Assembly (NCBI GenBank): GCA_951406725.2
Contig: OX597830.1
Location: 15,500,001 to 15,564,000, forward strand
DNA length: 64,000 bases
Source of the DNA: Octopus vulgaris
Lineage: Eukaryota
Direction of reading: 5' to 3'
The number at the start of each line of letters is the position of its first letter. Position 1 is the stretch's first letter. This document shows, piece by piece, positions 14,625 through 28,568 of the stretch. A program made the translations under genes and the position numbers. The notes below the pieces were generated by a model that did not search any database, had not been told where the DNA came from, and was given only the letters and a program-made list of their open reading frames with translations.

Positions 14625-15044
14625 CATGCATACATACATACATACATACATACATACATACATACATACATACATACATACATACATACATACATGCATG
14701 CATACATACATACATACATACATACATACATACATACATACATACATACATACATACATACATACATGCATACATACATACATACATACATACATACATA
14801 CAATCATACATGCATGCATACATACATACATACATGCATACATACATACACATACATACATACATACATACATACATACACATACATACATACATACATA
14901 CATACATACATACATACATACATACATACATACATACATACATACATACATACATACATACATACACATACATACATACATACATACATACATACATACA
15001 TACATACATACATACATACATACATACATACATACATACATACA

Positions 15045-15073
<29 letters not shown>
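14625..15073. repeat. (TACA)n microsatellite
   Basis: Seen directly. Confidence 0.97.
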
Positions 15074-15076
<3 letters not shown>

Positions 15077-15235
15077 ACAATGTTAATCATAACTGTAACA
15101 ATCCAGTCACTCGAAACAAGAAGAAATTGGACAAAATATTATGTTAGACACACACTACGAACCACATACAGTACATAGTACGCTATATAGTATATATAGT
15201 ACTATAGAGATAGAACGAGACAGTGGGAAAGTGGT

Positions 15236-15276
<41 letters not shown>

Positions 15277-15928
15277 GCAGAGGAAGAGAGAGAGAGGGGG
15301 GGTAGGGAGAGCAAACAGCTGTTTCCCGTTTCTTAGAGATTTGTAATGTGGAAAGTATGAGAGATAAACAGACAGCCTTACTCTCACCACTCTTACTCTC
15401 TCTCTTTTTTTCTCTCTATCTCTGTCTCTCTCCTTCTCGCTCTCTCATTCTCTCTCACTGTTTCCGTGTAGGTATTCTTATCGTCTGCTCTCTCTCTCTC
15501 TCTCTCGCTGTTTTTCTTTGCCTTTCGCTTTAACAAGGGAGCGTGTATAAGCAACTTTACTTAGAGGTGTGAAATATAAGTAGATAGATAGATAGATAGA
15601 ATTAAATAGATAGATACATAGATAGATAAAGAAAGAAAGAGAGAGAGAGAGATGAGGGAGAGAGAGAGAGACTGAGGGTAGAGGGTGAGACCATCCTTCT
15701 TCTGTAAGGGAATTCAGCAAGGGAGTAACTCCAGAAAAAACTCTCAAATTCCCCCCCCACTCCGCCATCGACCTATCAAACCCTCTTTAATTTCATTGTT
15801 TTGTTTTTCCTTCTTTCTTTCTTTCACCCCCTCCCTCCCTCCCTCTCATTACAATTCTCTGCAAGACTAACAAATATTTTCTTGTAAATATTTATTGTAC
15901 TTCTGTGAACTCTTATCTCCACCCCCCT

Positions 15929-15959
<31 letters not shown>

Positions 15960-16354
15960 CTCTTTTTCTCTCTCCCATTCTTCCTTCCGTGTCTCAGACA
16001 CACTGGTAGAACATGAGCGCAGGGGCACACGCGCGCACACACGGACGGGTTTTTGTGACTACTTGCGTGTGTGTGTGTGAATCTATGAATTATAAGTTAT
16101 GACTAAATTGCCCTCTGTATGCATGTATGTATATGCGTGTGTATGCATGTATGCGTGCATGCATGTTTGTGTGTGTAAGATGTTTAATCCATAATCGCTA
16201 GTCCGACAGATGTGTGTGTGTGTGTAAGTGTATATACCCATACACACTTATACATCTGTGTATTACATTATATTATATTATATATTATATTATATTATAT
16301 TAACTAAAATATGAGTGTAGTCGAGTAAACATCAAGTTTGATCGTGTTTATGTG

Positions 16355-16397
<43 letters not shown>

Positions 16398-16544
16398 ATG
16401 AGTAGTTAAGTGCGTGCGTGTGTGCGTGTGTGTGCATGTATGTATGCATATACATGCATATATATATATTTATTATGTATGAGCACGTATATAGATAGAT
16501 CGATCAATCGATACATAGTCAAGCCAAGCAGATGACAGACTGAC

Positions 16545-16620
<76 letters not shown>

Positions 16621-16809
16621 GTTTCGCTCTCGTCTCACTCCGAACTTCTACGTAACAAAAATTTATTGCGGTAATTTTAATGAAAATAAAATCGTTTACT
16701 TGAATGTCTGTGAAAACTGAATAAGTGGGAAGTTATAACTCCGAGGATCAGCCGTAATTCACGAGTAACCAGAACTGTTGTTGCTGTTGATGATGATGCT
16801 GATGATGAT

Positions 16810-17020
16810 GTTGTTTAACCCCTGATCGAGAACACTTTTTGATCAAAGGCGTTCCAGCCGTGACTATACAACCCCTTTTTTGTATAGCAAGAACTACATT
16901 GTCTAGTGTATCCTTCTTTATTGAAAACGGTAGTAGTAATGAGGGTAATATTTGGCTGCTATTTCTTTTCGTTTCGTTTTTTTTCTTTCTTTTTTTCTAG
17001 CATGTCGAGCACTATGTATG
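16810..17020 (+). repeat. old dispersed repeat family F (gatcaaaggc.ttccagccgtgac...atttggctgctatttc)
   Basis: Related diverged copies lie at about 20320-20530, 24100-24440(-), 25070-25200(-), 29100-29290(-), 60050-60210 and 62005-62400. Class unknown. Confidence 0.6.
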
Positions 17021-18059
17021 TAGATCGAGTCTTAAGCCCTGGTTGTTGTGCAAGGAAAGGGTGTGTCAGTTCGGTGCCCAACTATGGTTAGTAGAACAAC
17101 GAGAAATAAAAGTTTAGTCTCGAGATATATTTCCAGAGGAAAAAAAAAAATCTGTATATAATAATCGTGTAGATGATAACGATGATACTTAATAAGTTGA
17201 TAGTGATGATGTCTGAACGCACACATGAAGTTGTATACAAGAAGAGATATCTGAATGCCACGTAGTGATCGGATCGGCTGTAATGTTAAAGTATGTTTAA
17301 ACTACGAAGATATAACCAGCTCCGATCAAATGCCTTGCTATTATGACATAATACAGTGGTTTGTTTCTAGGTGTTTATTGATATATTTTTTTTCTTCTTC
17401 ATTCGTGTTCATTCCTGTGATTTTTCTTTTTTTTTTACCTTCGACTTTTCGGTGTTTCCCTTTCTGTAATTTACTGACATGGAAGTGAATTAGACGGTCG
17501 TTGCAGCTGGTTGCAGTAGTAACTATAAACACGACAAAGCCAAGTTAGAGCTCGACTCTCTCCAGCTAAGCATAATTAGATTAGCTGAGACACAGAAGAC
17601 AGTGTGAAAGAGGGGAGAGAAAGGCAGAGAGTAAGAGAAAAAGGGGCGAGAAAGTGAAAGAGGTGTAACAAACACGGAGAAAAGAGAAAGAGAAAGAGAA
17701 AGTAAGAGAGAGAGAGAGGGAATGAGAGAGGGATAGAAAGAGAGAAAGAAAGAAGAGATAAAGAGGTGGGGAAAGAGAAAGAGAGATAGTAATACACAGC
17801 TAATCAGTTGAGTGTGTAAACTATCATCTAATAACGAAAACTAAAATCTAATCGACTACAAACACTACAAAAAGAGAAACGAAACTAAACGCACATACAT
17901 ACTCGCACATACACACACACGCACGCATACACGCACACACACACGTACACACAGACACATACATATAACAGTTATAGATATATAAGAAAATTTGGAGAGA
18001 GAGTGAAAGTATGGGAGAGTAAGAGAGGGAGAGATAGAGATAGAGTAGAAGCTTAGTGG

Positions 18060-18410
18060 CTTTTGTTATTTATGAAGTTGTGACACGAACGAAATCCCCA
18101 CGCCCTCGAGGGGGAACTACGTCATTGCCACACTGTGCCTACCCACGACAAATAATATTCACGTGGGGGTCGGCTGCCCAATCAGGGCAGGGGCATCAGG
18201 CTGGCGTGACGTACATAATCAGCATACCTTATATGGAGATCCTACCCCGACGCGCACGGCACCCCCTGTTCCCACCTCCACCGCCCGCACCCAGCGCGCA
18301 CCGACTACTGCTAGGGACGGGATTTGCCACCAAAGCTACTTTTTCTCTCCCACCTTACAAAACGACCGACTGAGCTCGCACGGAGGGTACCTGAGTACCA
18401 GAATTTCTGG
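18060..18410. promoter_or_regulatory. CpG-rich promoter/enhancer with an immediate-early-gene-type motif cluster
   Basis: Perfect CArG CCTTATATGG 18227-18236; CRE-like TGACGTAC 18207-18214 and TACGTCA 18118-18124; E-box CACGTG 18160-18165; CCAAT 18178-18182; GT-box CCCCACGCCC 18096-18105; GC-box 18281-18286; minus-strand TATA-like CATAAATAA 18066-18074. Confidence 0.75.
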
Positions 18411-18532
18411 TGAGTTATTCACACATCCTTTTTCTATTTTAGAAAAATACTTTGCTCTTTGATGCTTCGCTTTAATAATAATAAAAAGGACGAGAGAGAA
18501 AAATACGACCGTGTATCTCTTTGCATACTCAC

Positions 18533-18545
18533 CTGGTCCTGTCAT
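18533..18545 (-). CDS. candidate alternative start exon, coding part M-T-G-P + phase-1 nucleotide; 5'UTR probably extends to about 18770
   Basis: Minus strand reads aaaATG ACA GGA CCA G|GTGAGT: consensus donor, A at -3, unique CpG-containing upstream sequence. Confidence 0.4.
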
Positions 18546-21500
18546 TTTACATTGTATGGAGAAAGAAAACAGCGTAAAAGTGAGCAAACCGCTTCTTTAC
18601 TTCCTACATTGATTATAAACCTTATTCAAACAGCAATTCGTACTAAAAGGCATCTTCTTTAGGGTTAATTTTTCTGGTTCTTCTAATTTTTACTTCAAAT
18701 CAGCTCGACTCTTCGCCTTCTCGCCTAGAGACGTCGGCTGCATAGTTCCACTCAATACACTGTTGCTTGTTTCGCTTTTTCACTTCTGCTATTGTCTTCC
18801 TTAAAAGAAAACGAATTAGGCAAATTTTTATATCTGCAAACATTTAAAGATTCTAATGAAATATATCTTCGTTGATATATGTATTGTATATTGTGTTGAC
18901 ACTGGCCGATTCTTTAAAAAATGATATATCCGCTATGTTTTCCAAATGCGTGTGTGTGACTATATCGTGATTAGCATGCATCGAAGTCTTTTCTTTCATA
19001 CAATGTGTCTCTTCGATTAGAAAATAACTTCAAAGTGATTAGAGATATTGGTTGGATTTTATTGATATTGTAGTGGGATCTGTTCTCATATTTATATATA
19101 TGTATATATATATATATATATAAAGGCTTTGTTATCTGGTTAAAAACCTTTTAGCTTTTTTCATCATCCGAAATATTCTTTACTGTATGAGGACCTCCTT
19201 TCAGATGAAAAAGAACTACGCAAAATAAGCCACATAAAATAAAACAAACGCCTGAATGTCGGTAGAAACTAGATTTTCTTGAAAGCAATGACCAGGCTAT
19301 CTTTTAGTAGTGACCAGTCATCATGAGTTGTTGCCACTGACCACCACTGACCCTTTCTTTCCATCTTGTTAATCTGTTTGCTTTCAGCGAGGAAAATTGC
19401 AGTCTTCTGTTTTCTTTTCTGATATAAATAAATAGCTATATATATATTTTATATATTTATATTAGAATGCATTTTTAAAATAGATTCAGTTATTATTTTT
19501 TTAAAATTAATTTTTCGTTAATTAGATCGTATTTCATCACGTTGATATGGTTTGTCGTTTGGAGAGAGATATGGCTTGTCCTTACTATTGTAGCTTCTAT
19601 ATCGATTACGAATGAAAGAAACCATAAACGCAGACAGGAGTAGAGAAATATTTATTTATTTTGTTGGTCGTCAATGATGACTTATTTCACTAGAGTTGGT
19701 GATAGAGCAATGGATGGAAGCAGTAACGTCACGTGCTTGATAAATGTAAAAAAAATTATATATCTGCATAGATAGAAAAGTTTCCTAAACAAAAACAAAA
19801 TCGGTGGCCAATTAAGATATAGAAATTATAACCACTGGTTAATAATATTTCTTTATATGTGTTCAAATGACTGACAAAATTATTGCGAGGTTTTGCGGTA
19901 ATCACTTTTAGCTGTCCAGCACAACCATCTCTTCAACTAGTTACTTTTTTTTCCCCCATATTGGTGTGGCCCCGGGGTTATAAAAAGGAAATCCTGATCC
20001 AGTCTTAATAGAAGTTGTGAAAGCTACATTTTTGTGTTAATAAGAGAGATAAAGTCGGATAACCGAGGATGATCGATTTAACTTGTTTATTCCTTCCATG
20101 TGTTCATTCAGATTTCAGTATTTTTTTTCTTCTTTCTATGCATACACACACGTATGCAGACTACATACTTACACATATATGCATTTGCACAACTGCATCG
20201 CGTACACACGCACATATATCTGTGTATGCATGCATGCATGTATGTATAAAAGCTAAGGTACAAGCTATTAAAAGTGATGTCGGAAAAATTCGTTCTTATG
20301 GGATGTTGTTATTTAAATCCCCAAGTAAGCCCTGACTGAGCTGACATATGATCAAAGGTATTTAAGCTATGACCAACCCGTTTGTATATATATATATACA
20401 TATATATAACTACATAACCCAATGCGTTCTTCATTTTTTTTTTCTTATGAAAGGAGAGTGTGATTCGAGGGAATGTTTGGCTGTTATTTCTAGCCGGTCG
20501 AGCAACTACGTAGAGGAGGCTCCCTCGTTGAAGAAGAGTTGGTGGTAGCTACTAGCGACCATAAGCAGCGCTATGGCCGCCCGCTTAACACACCCTTTTT
20601 CTATGGTACTAATGACTGACATACCTTTATAGTCACACTGACGCCTAATTACCTACTTAAAACAGGCCTGTGTTTATTTCCATGTCATGACTCGTTCACT
20701 AATACGACTGAAATAAATACTTATGTCCCTCCAAGTTAACTTCCATATAGTTTTGTGTTAGTATAAAGTCTGATGACTGAAATTAGCATTGATGAGATTT
20801 TTTTCTTTTTCCCTACTGGCCACCACCGAACCATGATACCTGTTAAACTGAGCTCCCTTCGCTATCACATATTTCTTTCTTTTTTTTTTATAAATACGTA
20901 AAAAATATAGATTTCCTTTCTGATTTTTATTACTATAAGACATACGACTTGAGAAACTACTCCTTAAGGTTTTAGTATAAAAAAAAAAAGAAAAAAGATA
21001 CGATTTATATTTCTAGTGATTGAGTTTAGTAAACCACAGATTGTATCTCTTTCAGTACCTTTAGGAATTTTTTCTGAATATCAATCATTTGTTTAATTAT
21101 AATTATTATTCGATTAGCTTAGCAATTACTCATTCATTGCATTTAGTATATGCTTCGAATAACTGAAAGGTTGTGTTTGTTTGGTTTTAATCTCTTAAAT
21201 ATTTCCTATGCCGCCCGTAAAAACAACTAGACTTCTTACTAAGCGACCACACACACACATATATATATATATATATGTATCATCCATCATCATGTTTATT
21301 GAATTGTCTTAATACAGACAATGGCTAGATGTCTACACACTTTCTCTATTAACACACCGACAGTCACCATGTGTACAGACATTTGAAACTAAAATTTGCC
21401 TGTTGGTGTTGTTGCGGCTGCTGGTCTAAGGAGGTCTGTGTGTGCATATTTCTATGTTTATGTGACAATATAATATGATTGTGTTCATGTAATTAGCTTC

Positions 21501-21849
21501 GTATATCTTTGCACTCTCCATATATATATTTCCCCTTGTAATAATACCATTGTTTATGTAGATGTGTATTTATGTGCGGCTCTTGAAAGGTGTAGTCATA
21601 CGTATAGAGAGACATGCTTGTATACAATGTATTTATGCGTGTGTGTGGCTGTGTGGTTGATCTGTTTATTTAGAAGTAGATGAAGAAAAACGACAACGAT
21701 CTGCTATGTAAACCTCTCTCTCTCTCTCTCTCTGCAAGTCCCGATCAATGTCGATATAGGAACTATCCATGCCACTTTCAACAATGGAACGAACACACAG
21801 TCACATCTCCGATCACTTTTTACCCACTATTTCTGTCCTTATCACTCGT

Positions 21850-22640
21850 TCATCTTCACTTATTTCCATCTCTCTCTCTTCTCTCTTCCTTTTTATTCTT
21901 TCTCCTTTCTTCTTCCTCTCCTTAACTTTCTTCAGTCTTCACTTCTTTTCTCTCGCGTCTCCATTATTCTCATTGCTCTCCTATCCCCGTTTCCCTTTCT
22001 CTTTTTTTTCTCTATCAACCTTTCTCTCCCTCTCCGCTTCACCTTTCCTTATCTATCCCTCTTCTTTATCTCTTCCTCTCTCCACTTTATCACAGTCTAT
22101 CGCTCCCCCTCTCTCTCTCTCTACTTTTACTCTTCTCTTTCTCCCTCTCTCCCTCATTCACCTTCACTCCGCCTTTCTCCACCTCATTAACCATTCTTCA
22201 TTCTCAATTCACACCTCTCGCAGCTCATCCACATTACCATCTATCCTTTTCTCTCTATTTCCCCCCCTAGTTGATTTATCTCTCTTATCCTTTCATTTCT
22301 TTAAGAGCTCATTGTCACTCTTTCATATTTGTCTTTTCGTCTGTGTCTGTTTCAACTTGTTTCTCCTCACATCATCTACTTTGACCCTCTCTATCTCTCT
22401 CATTCTTTCATTCACCAACCATATCTCTCCACATTCTCTCTCTCTTTCACCCTCACCAACCTTTCGTCACCTTACAATCTCATCTATCTTTACACACCGT
22501 GTCTACTCACTAGTGAAGTTGTTTACTAACTCTTCTTTCTAGTTAATATTTCTCCCCTCTTCTTTCTCTCAACTCTCTCTCTCTAACCACTTCACTCTAC
22601 TCATCATTCTGTCCCTCCTTATTCTTCCAGTCACTCTCTG
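21850..22640. repeat. pyrimidine-rich low-complexity tract
   Basis: Decayed (CT)n-like sequence. It explains the spurious 257-aa S/L/F ORF. Confidence 0.85.
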
Positions 22641-22966
22641 TTTCTGTTCCATGTACCAAGTCCCTCGTGTGTTTTCCTTCCACTCCGTCTACAGGGTGAG
22701 GAGAGACGTCTCTAAACATTCTCGCGTCTCTGCTCTGTCTTTCTATTCATGCAATCTCCCTTCCGTTTCTTCTTTTATCCATATATATATCTATCCTTTT
22801 ATTCTACCTATTATTTCGTTTCTTCACTCCACTTATCTATCAAAATCTACCTCTATCTACCCGTTCTTGATACCCTGCATTCAACCATTCTTCCGTCTGT
22901 GTTGACTGCTGACCAGTCTTGCATTTTTCTTTTACTCTTTCAACACTGCATGTCCGTCTCTCTCCA

Positions 22967-22967
<1 letters not shown>

Positions 22968-23022
<55 letters not shown>

Positions 23023-23027
23023 ATCTG

Positions 23028-23076
<49 letters not shown>

Positions 23077-23107
23077 GTCTATCTATCTATCTATCTATGT
23101 CTGTCTG

Positions 23108-23146
<39 letters not shown>

Positions 23147-23159
23147 GTCTATCTATATA

Positions 23160-23194
<35 letters not shown>

Positions 23195-23199
23195 GTCTT

Positions 23200-23244
<45 letters not shown>

Positions 23245-23280
23245 ATGTCTCTGTCTTTCTTTCTATCTATCTATCTATCT
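22968..23280. repeat. (TCTA)n/(TCTG)n microsatellite
   Basis: Seen directly. Confidence 0.95.
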
Positions 23281-23715
23281 TTCACACCTTTGCACTCCTC
23301 CGTTAGTCAGCTGAGTTGGACACCAAACTCATTGTACATAAAAATCCATTTTTGACTAAAATTTTAATGAAAACAAGTAAGTTAAACCTCTCTCCCCCCT
23401 CTCTCTCTCTCCCTTTCTCTGTCAGTGCGCGTGTGTACGTGATGTGTGCATTTGAATATGTAGGCGTATAGGGATTTCGAGCAAATGGGTTCTTAGTCAT
23501 TAAAATGGATCCACCATTAGCCGTCTAATTTGCGTATGTTTGTGTTATATTATAGACACATTATGTAGCAAAAGTGGGAAATATTTCGAACCTTCCTCTA
23601 GTTATGTTAACTGATATATTTATACACACTCGCGCACACGGATGCGTATGAGATTCATGTTTGTGTTGCGTGAGTGTACATATACACATGCGTACATACA
23701 TAAATACACACAGAC

Positions 23716-23767
<52 letters not shown>

Positions 23768-25538
23768 GCGCACAAAATAGATGAATAAATGATTGTCGGT
23801 GTTTGTTTTTTTATCAATAAGAACCATATTTTTTTCGTTTTGCATCGGAAATAACAACAATATGGCAACATTTAACCGTACGGAAACAATTTCCAAGCAA
23901 CACACAAGCTACAGATCAGATTCATTCATTCTCGATATATTAAAACATAACAAATCAAGGAATGGGTGCATGTCCTTAGCTGTTACTTTTTCCCTATTTT
24001 TTTAAATGCGCAGGCATTCAACACAATGAATTATTATTATTATTATTGTTATTATTATTATTATTCTCAATGGTTGTCGCTATCTAGTAAAACATGATTA
24101 AGAACGAACTATGGGGGGAGTCTCTAATTCTCGGCCTGCTAGAAGTAGAACCTTAATCTACTTAAGATCACACCCTTACAGAATAAAAATCATGAAAGGA
24201 CACATTAGATAATGCGGTCTTACATATCCCACCCCTTTTCCATTAAGGAAAAAAGAATAAAAAACGAGATGGCTACAGCTGAAATGCCGCCGATGATTAA
24301 GATCTGTTCTAGCCGAGTGGTCTTGGACGACATCAACAAAATTAACCAAGAACCTCATGTGGTCGCTCGACCGGCTCTAACAACTAAATGTAGTTCATAT
24401 GACACCATTATCACCTTAAATCAAGAAAGGACACTTTAGATAACACATTTCTATATCTCTTTAATTTTTATTTTATATCGTAATTTTGAGCCATAAGCGT
24501 CGTTAGTTACGAGTTTCCAACGTGCCAATCAATGGTTCATGGCGAAATTGAGTGCATAACCCGTTGCAAGGAACTTCGTTCGTTAAACACCGTTTTTTTC
24601 CCCGGTTTTTCCTCGCCAATATTAAGCGGAGCGATGGACTTTCTCCGTTTCTTTCTACCAAATTCCAAGCACAATGATGTCAGTCCGAGGTTATGTTAGA
24701 ACACACTTACCCGAAGTTCCACGCAGTGGAATCGAATCCGGTATCACATTGTTGTGAAGCGAAGGCCGTGGAATTTACGTATTTTTCCTTGGTCTGTTTG
24801 ATCACAGTCGACCTGGGGCTAAATAAGAACGGCAAAAGCACCTAGGACAATCCAACTCGTAAATTTTGATTTATTTATCTTAGAACATAACTTTTTTTTT
24901 TTTGAATGGCTCTCTACTCAACACGTATTCCTCTATTTATTTACAACTGTTGTAATATTCAGAACCAATCCTTCGATCAGAATTTTCACATTCTCTCTCG
25001 CGCTCTCTCTCATACACACACACACACACAAAAACCTTCACCTATTGACACAAAATTTCGTTCATCTTTTGCTTCTAATTGGTCGATCGACCTATCAGAA
25101 ATAACAGCCAAATCTCTCAAGTCACACCCTGTCTTTAGATGTATATCGGACACTATGCTTCGGAAAAAACATGAAGATAGTCACCGCTTGAATACCATTG
25201 ATTATAAGGACTAAAAATTAATAGAAACAATAAATCTTAGTAATCGAAGGTCGTCGTAATCGTCTGAGATTCATATGGTATTGTCCGAGTGAACACTGTT
25301 TATGTCTGGAACAAGTTTGATTGGAGGAACTATCGGCAGGAAGTCACCGAGTAATTGTTGTAAGTCCGGCAACGCACTTCTCTCTTAGTTAATTACTCTG
25401 ACCTCATGTCAACGATAAAATGTGTTAATTCCTTTATTTGGAACTAGAAATATCTATATACATAACTTGTGATCAGTTTTGATGGGGAACAGAAAAAAAA
25501 AAATCATAAAGTCTGCTTCGGTCGTCCGGTGTTCGATC

Positions 25539-25636
25539 TCAGAGCCAGCACTCCGGTAGTTTTTGTGTAATTGTTTGCAAAAGGGTGCTTAGGTTGTGAG
25601 GATGTTGCTTCCTCTGAACTAAATGATAGTCACTAT
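25539..25636 (-). CDS. candidate terminal exon (phase 1: DSDYHLVQRKQHPHNLSTLLQTITQKLPECWL*)
   Basis: Strong acceptor ttttttcctccccgcag|AT. Of the three phases only phase 1 gives more than a few codons, matching the 32403 donor. Confidence 0.25.
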
Positions 25637-27017
25637 CTGCGGGGAGGAAAAAAATTTTGTATGAATTCGTGCTCCATGGAGAAGTGAGTGTATGTTTATA
25701 CTGGTATTTTATGAGACCAAATAAATAAGCACATGATATGATAATTTAAAAAAAAAATAAATTCCTATATTTTTATTTTTTTATTTCTTGCTGCTTTTAT
25801 ACAGTGGCTAATTATACACACCACTACATATGTACGGGTCGATACCCGTATGTGTTTGTTCTGAAGACTACAGTTGGGGGTATGCAATGTTGGTGGGTGG
25901 GCCTTTAAGAAAGAGAAAGAGTTTCCTTCATTCCTAGCTTTCCGTCCTACGTAATAAAATATCAGTAATATACTAAAGGTTAGTTGATGCATTGTATGCG
26001 GGAGGGGTAGGGGTCCTATTTAAAAACGCTTGCTATGACCCCTTGAACAATTTTCTAGGGGTTATATTACAACTTTACGAACTTCCTTGTTCCTGGTTTT
26101 CTTACTCTTCTTAGATGGTGTTGAAGTGTAAAAACAAGATGTAACAATATGGATTGTATATGTGAGAGTATGCGCTCCGAAACATGAACCATGGGGTCGC
26201 AGGTTCGATCCTTTTGCGTCTTGGGCAAATATAGCTGATAATAACCATAAACAACTGCTTCACGTGATCATTAATTTTTACATTTGTTCATAAAATTATT
26301 GGGGTACTTCCCTATATTTACTATATGCTAATCTTAAAAACCGCGGCCTTTTCAGACAGATGAAGTGACCGACACAAACTGTTTGCATATAAAATCTAGG
26401 AATGAAACAATAAAATTTTGAGACTTTTCTAAAATTCAGCATGGAACTTAGCCGTAGCTGTTGTCTCAATTCCCACAATAAAGCATGGTTTCTTTAAGAC
26501 CACTGTTTTAGAGGAGGAAGTAAAACAATTAGGATGATATACATATATTTATATGTAGATAGACTTCAAATATAAGCCGTTCTTATGAGCAAACATTGCA
26601 CACGGCAACACATATACAGGGGAAGCTGCTTATAATCATATATAATGTTATCAGAGGGTTATTTGTTATTAAAATTAGCAGGTTCAGAATTAGATTCTGG
26701 ATATTGTTATGTCCTCTGTTTAATGTTATCAGCTAGCTGTTAATATCTGATAGGTTGTGCTTCAGAATGGTGCCAGAGAGCTGCTTTCATTGTTTGTGTG
26801 TATACATACATACACACATATAAGTGTGTGTGTATATATATATATATACATACATGAACGTATTTGTATGTACATATATGTGTGTATATATCTACATATT
26901 TAAACACATACATATATCTGAATAAATGAATGGAATTCACAAGACTCTTTATGGAGAACCACTACAACCGTTTCAACTCATCATGGACCCATAGCTTGCA
27001 GGTGAGATGCTGTACAA

Positions 27018-27052
27018 TCAATCGTCATGCATTATAGGTGCAGACGTGTCTC
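27018..27052 (-). CDS. candidate terminal exon (phase 1: GDTSAPIMHDD*)
   Basis: Acceptor tacttttttcag|GA in unique sequence, in frame with the 32403 donor. Confidence 0.3.
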
Positions 27053-28568
27053 CTGAAAAAAGTACTTGGTCTTTTTACTTGCCTTTTCACTTATTTGTAT
27101 AACAATGCATTTTAGTTAGTGTAGTAGTCAATCCATCTCCATAATGAACTCACACAGAAAGGAAATTTTGAAGTAAATCCATCGGCAAATACCTCCAAGT
27201 TGTTATTGACATCAGGTAGCCAAATCTTATGAACAAACTTTAAACAACATACTACCAAGTGTCTACTGGAATATAGATTTAAATATATGTACATTTATCA
27301 CAAATTTGCAGAGCTGTTAATAATTCTCATAGATTTCTTTGTGGAATTGGTTTTGGTTCTCTGTGTTCTGTGTTTAGATCCTGGCAACATCAATTTTGCC
27401 TTTTCATGTCCTGGGGTCTTTTCTACTCCTTCCATCTCTCTCTCTCTCATTCAAATAAAGTAGCTTTGGTCAGGCTTTGTGCTAGCTGTAAATATCACAA
27501 GACACTCTCCATTTCTTAACATCACCTATATAGATCTAATAGGACTTGAAGATTCTAGCCTGTGCAATCAATATATATATGTATATATATCTGTGTGTGT
27601 GTGTGTGTGTGTACTTTTTTGCCAGTTTCAGTCTTTGGACTGTGGCCATGCTGGAACACTGTCTTGTCGGGTTTAGTTGAGGAGACCTACCACAATACTT
27701 ATTTTGAGTTTCGCACTTAAACGGATACCAGTTACCAAGCAGTGGGGGGCGGGATGAGAGAGAGAAGCACAAAGACATGAGTAATGCTAGCTTGTAGATA
27801 TAAGGTAAAATTATAAAATTGATGATGATTTTAGTGATACTGTGTGTGTGTAAATATATGTATATATATATATATATATACACACACATACAATATGTAT
27901 ATATATATGTGTGTGTGTGTGTATCTATAAATAGATTTCTATATGTATATGGGGATTGAATGGTGGTGCCCCAGCATGGCCACAGCTCGTGAGCTGAAAC
28001 TAGATAAAAATGAAAAATATATATATATATGTAGTGTTAAGTTTAGTTAATGTTGTTCCTCTCGAAACACAAAGGTTTGTGTTGTAGGACAAGGCAGGTT
28101 TAACAAATAGACGAGATACAAAACTATTTTCTCTGTGTGATCAACATTTACAGTGTGTGTGTGTCTATTGGTGAGATGATGGCTGTTAGTTTGTCCTTAA
28201 ATATAAAACATTGATATCTTGACCAGGCTGTGTCCTTCATTTGTGAGGTTGAAGAGATGGGTTGTAGATAAACCATATGCTGAAGTTTTATGCTTATTCT
28301 TTACAAAAAGCCATAGTCAAAATAGTAAAAACTAAAGAGCTGATTTAATCAACAGAAGATGACTTCTTAGCTTTTCTGCTTGCAAATTGATTGTTATAAC
28401 ACACTTCAACCAAACAGCCATCTCTTTCTTGTTTACACCAAGTGATAATAATGTGTATTGCGATAATCACACTTTCAGTTTAATAGAGGTTGGTGAAGGC
28501 CAATGTAAGAAGAGGGAAAATTATGATATAAAATTGCAACGTGCATAGATAAATATATTTGTTTGCAT

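Noticed and set aside
21769-22542. 257-aa hydrophobic ORF resembling a membrane protein
   Set aside because: A pyrimidine-rich low-complexity tract. The S/L/F composition is an artefact.
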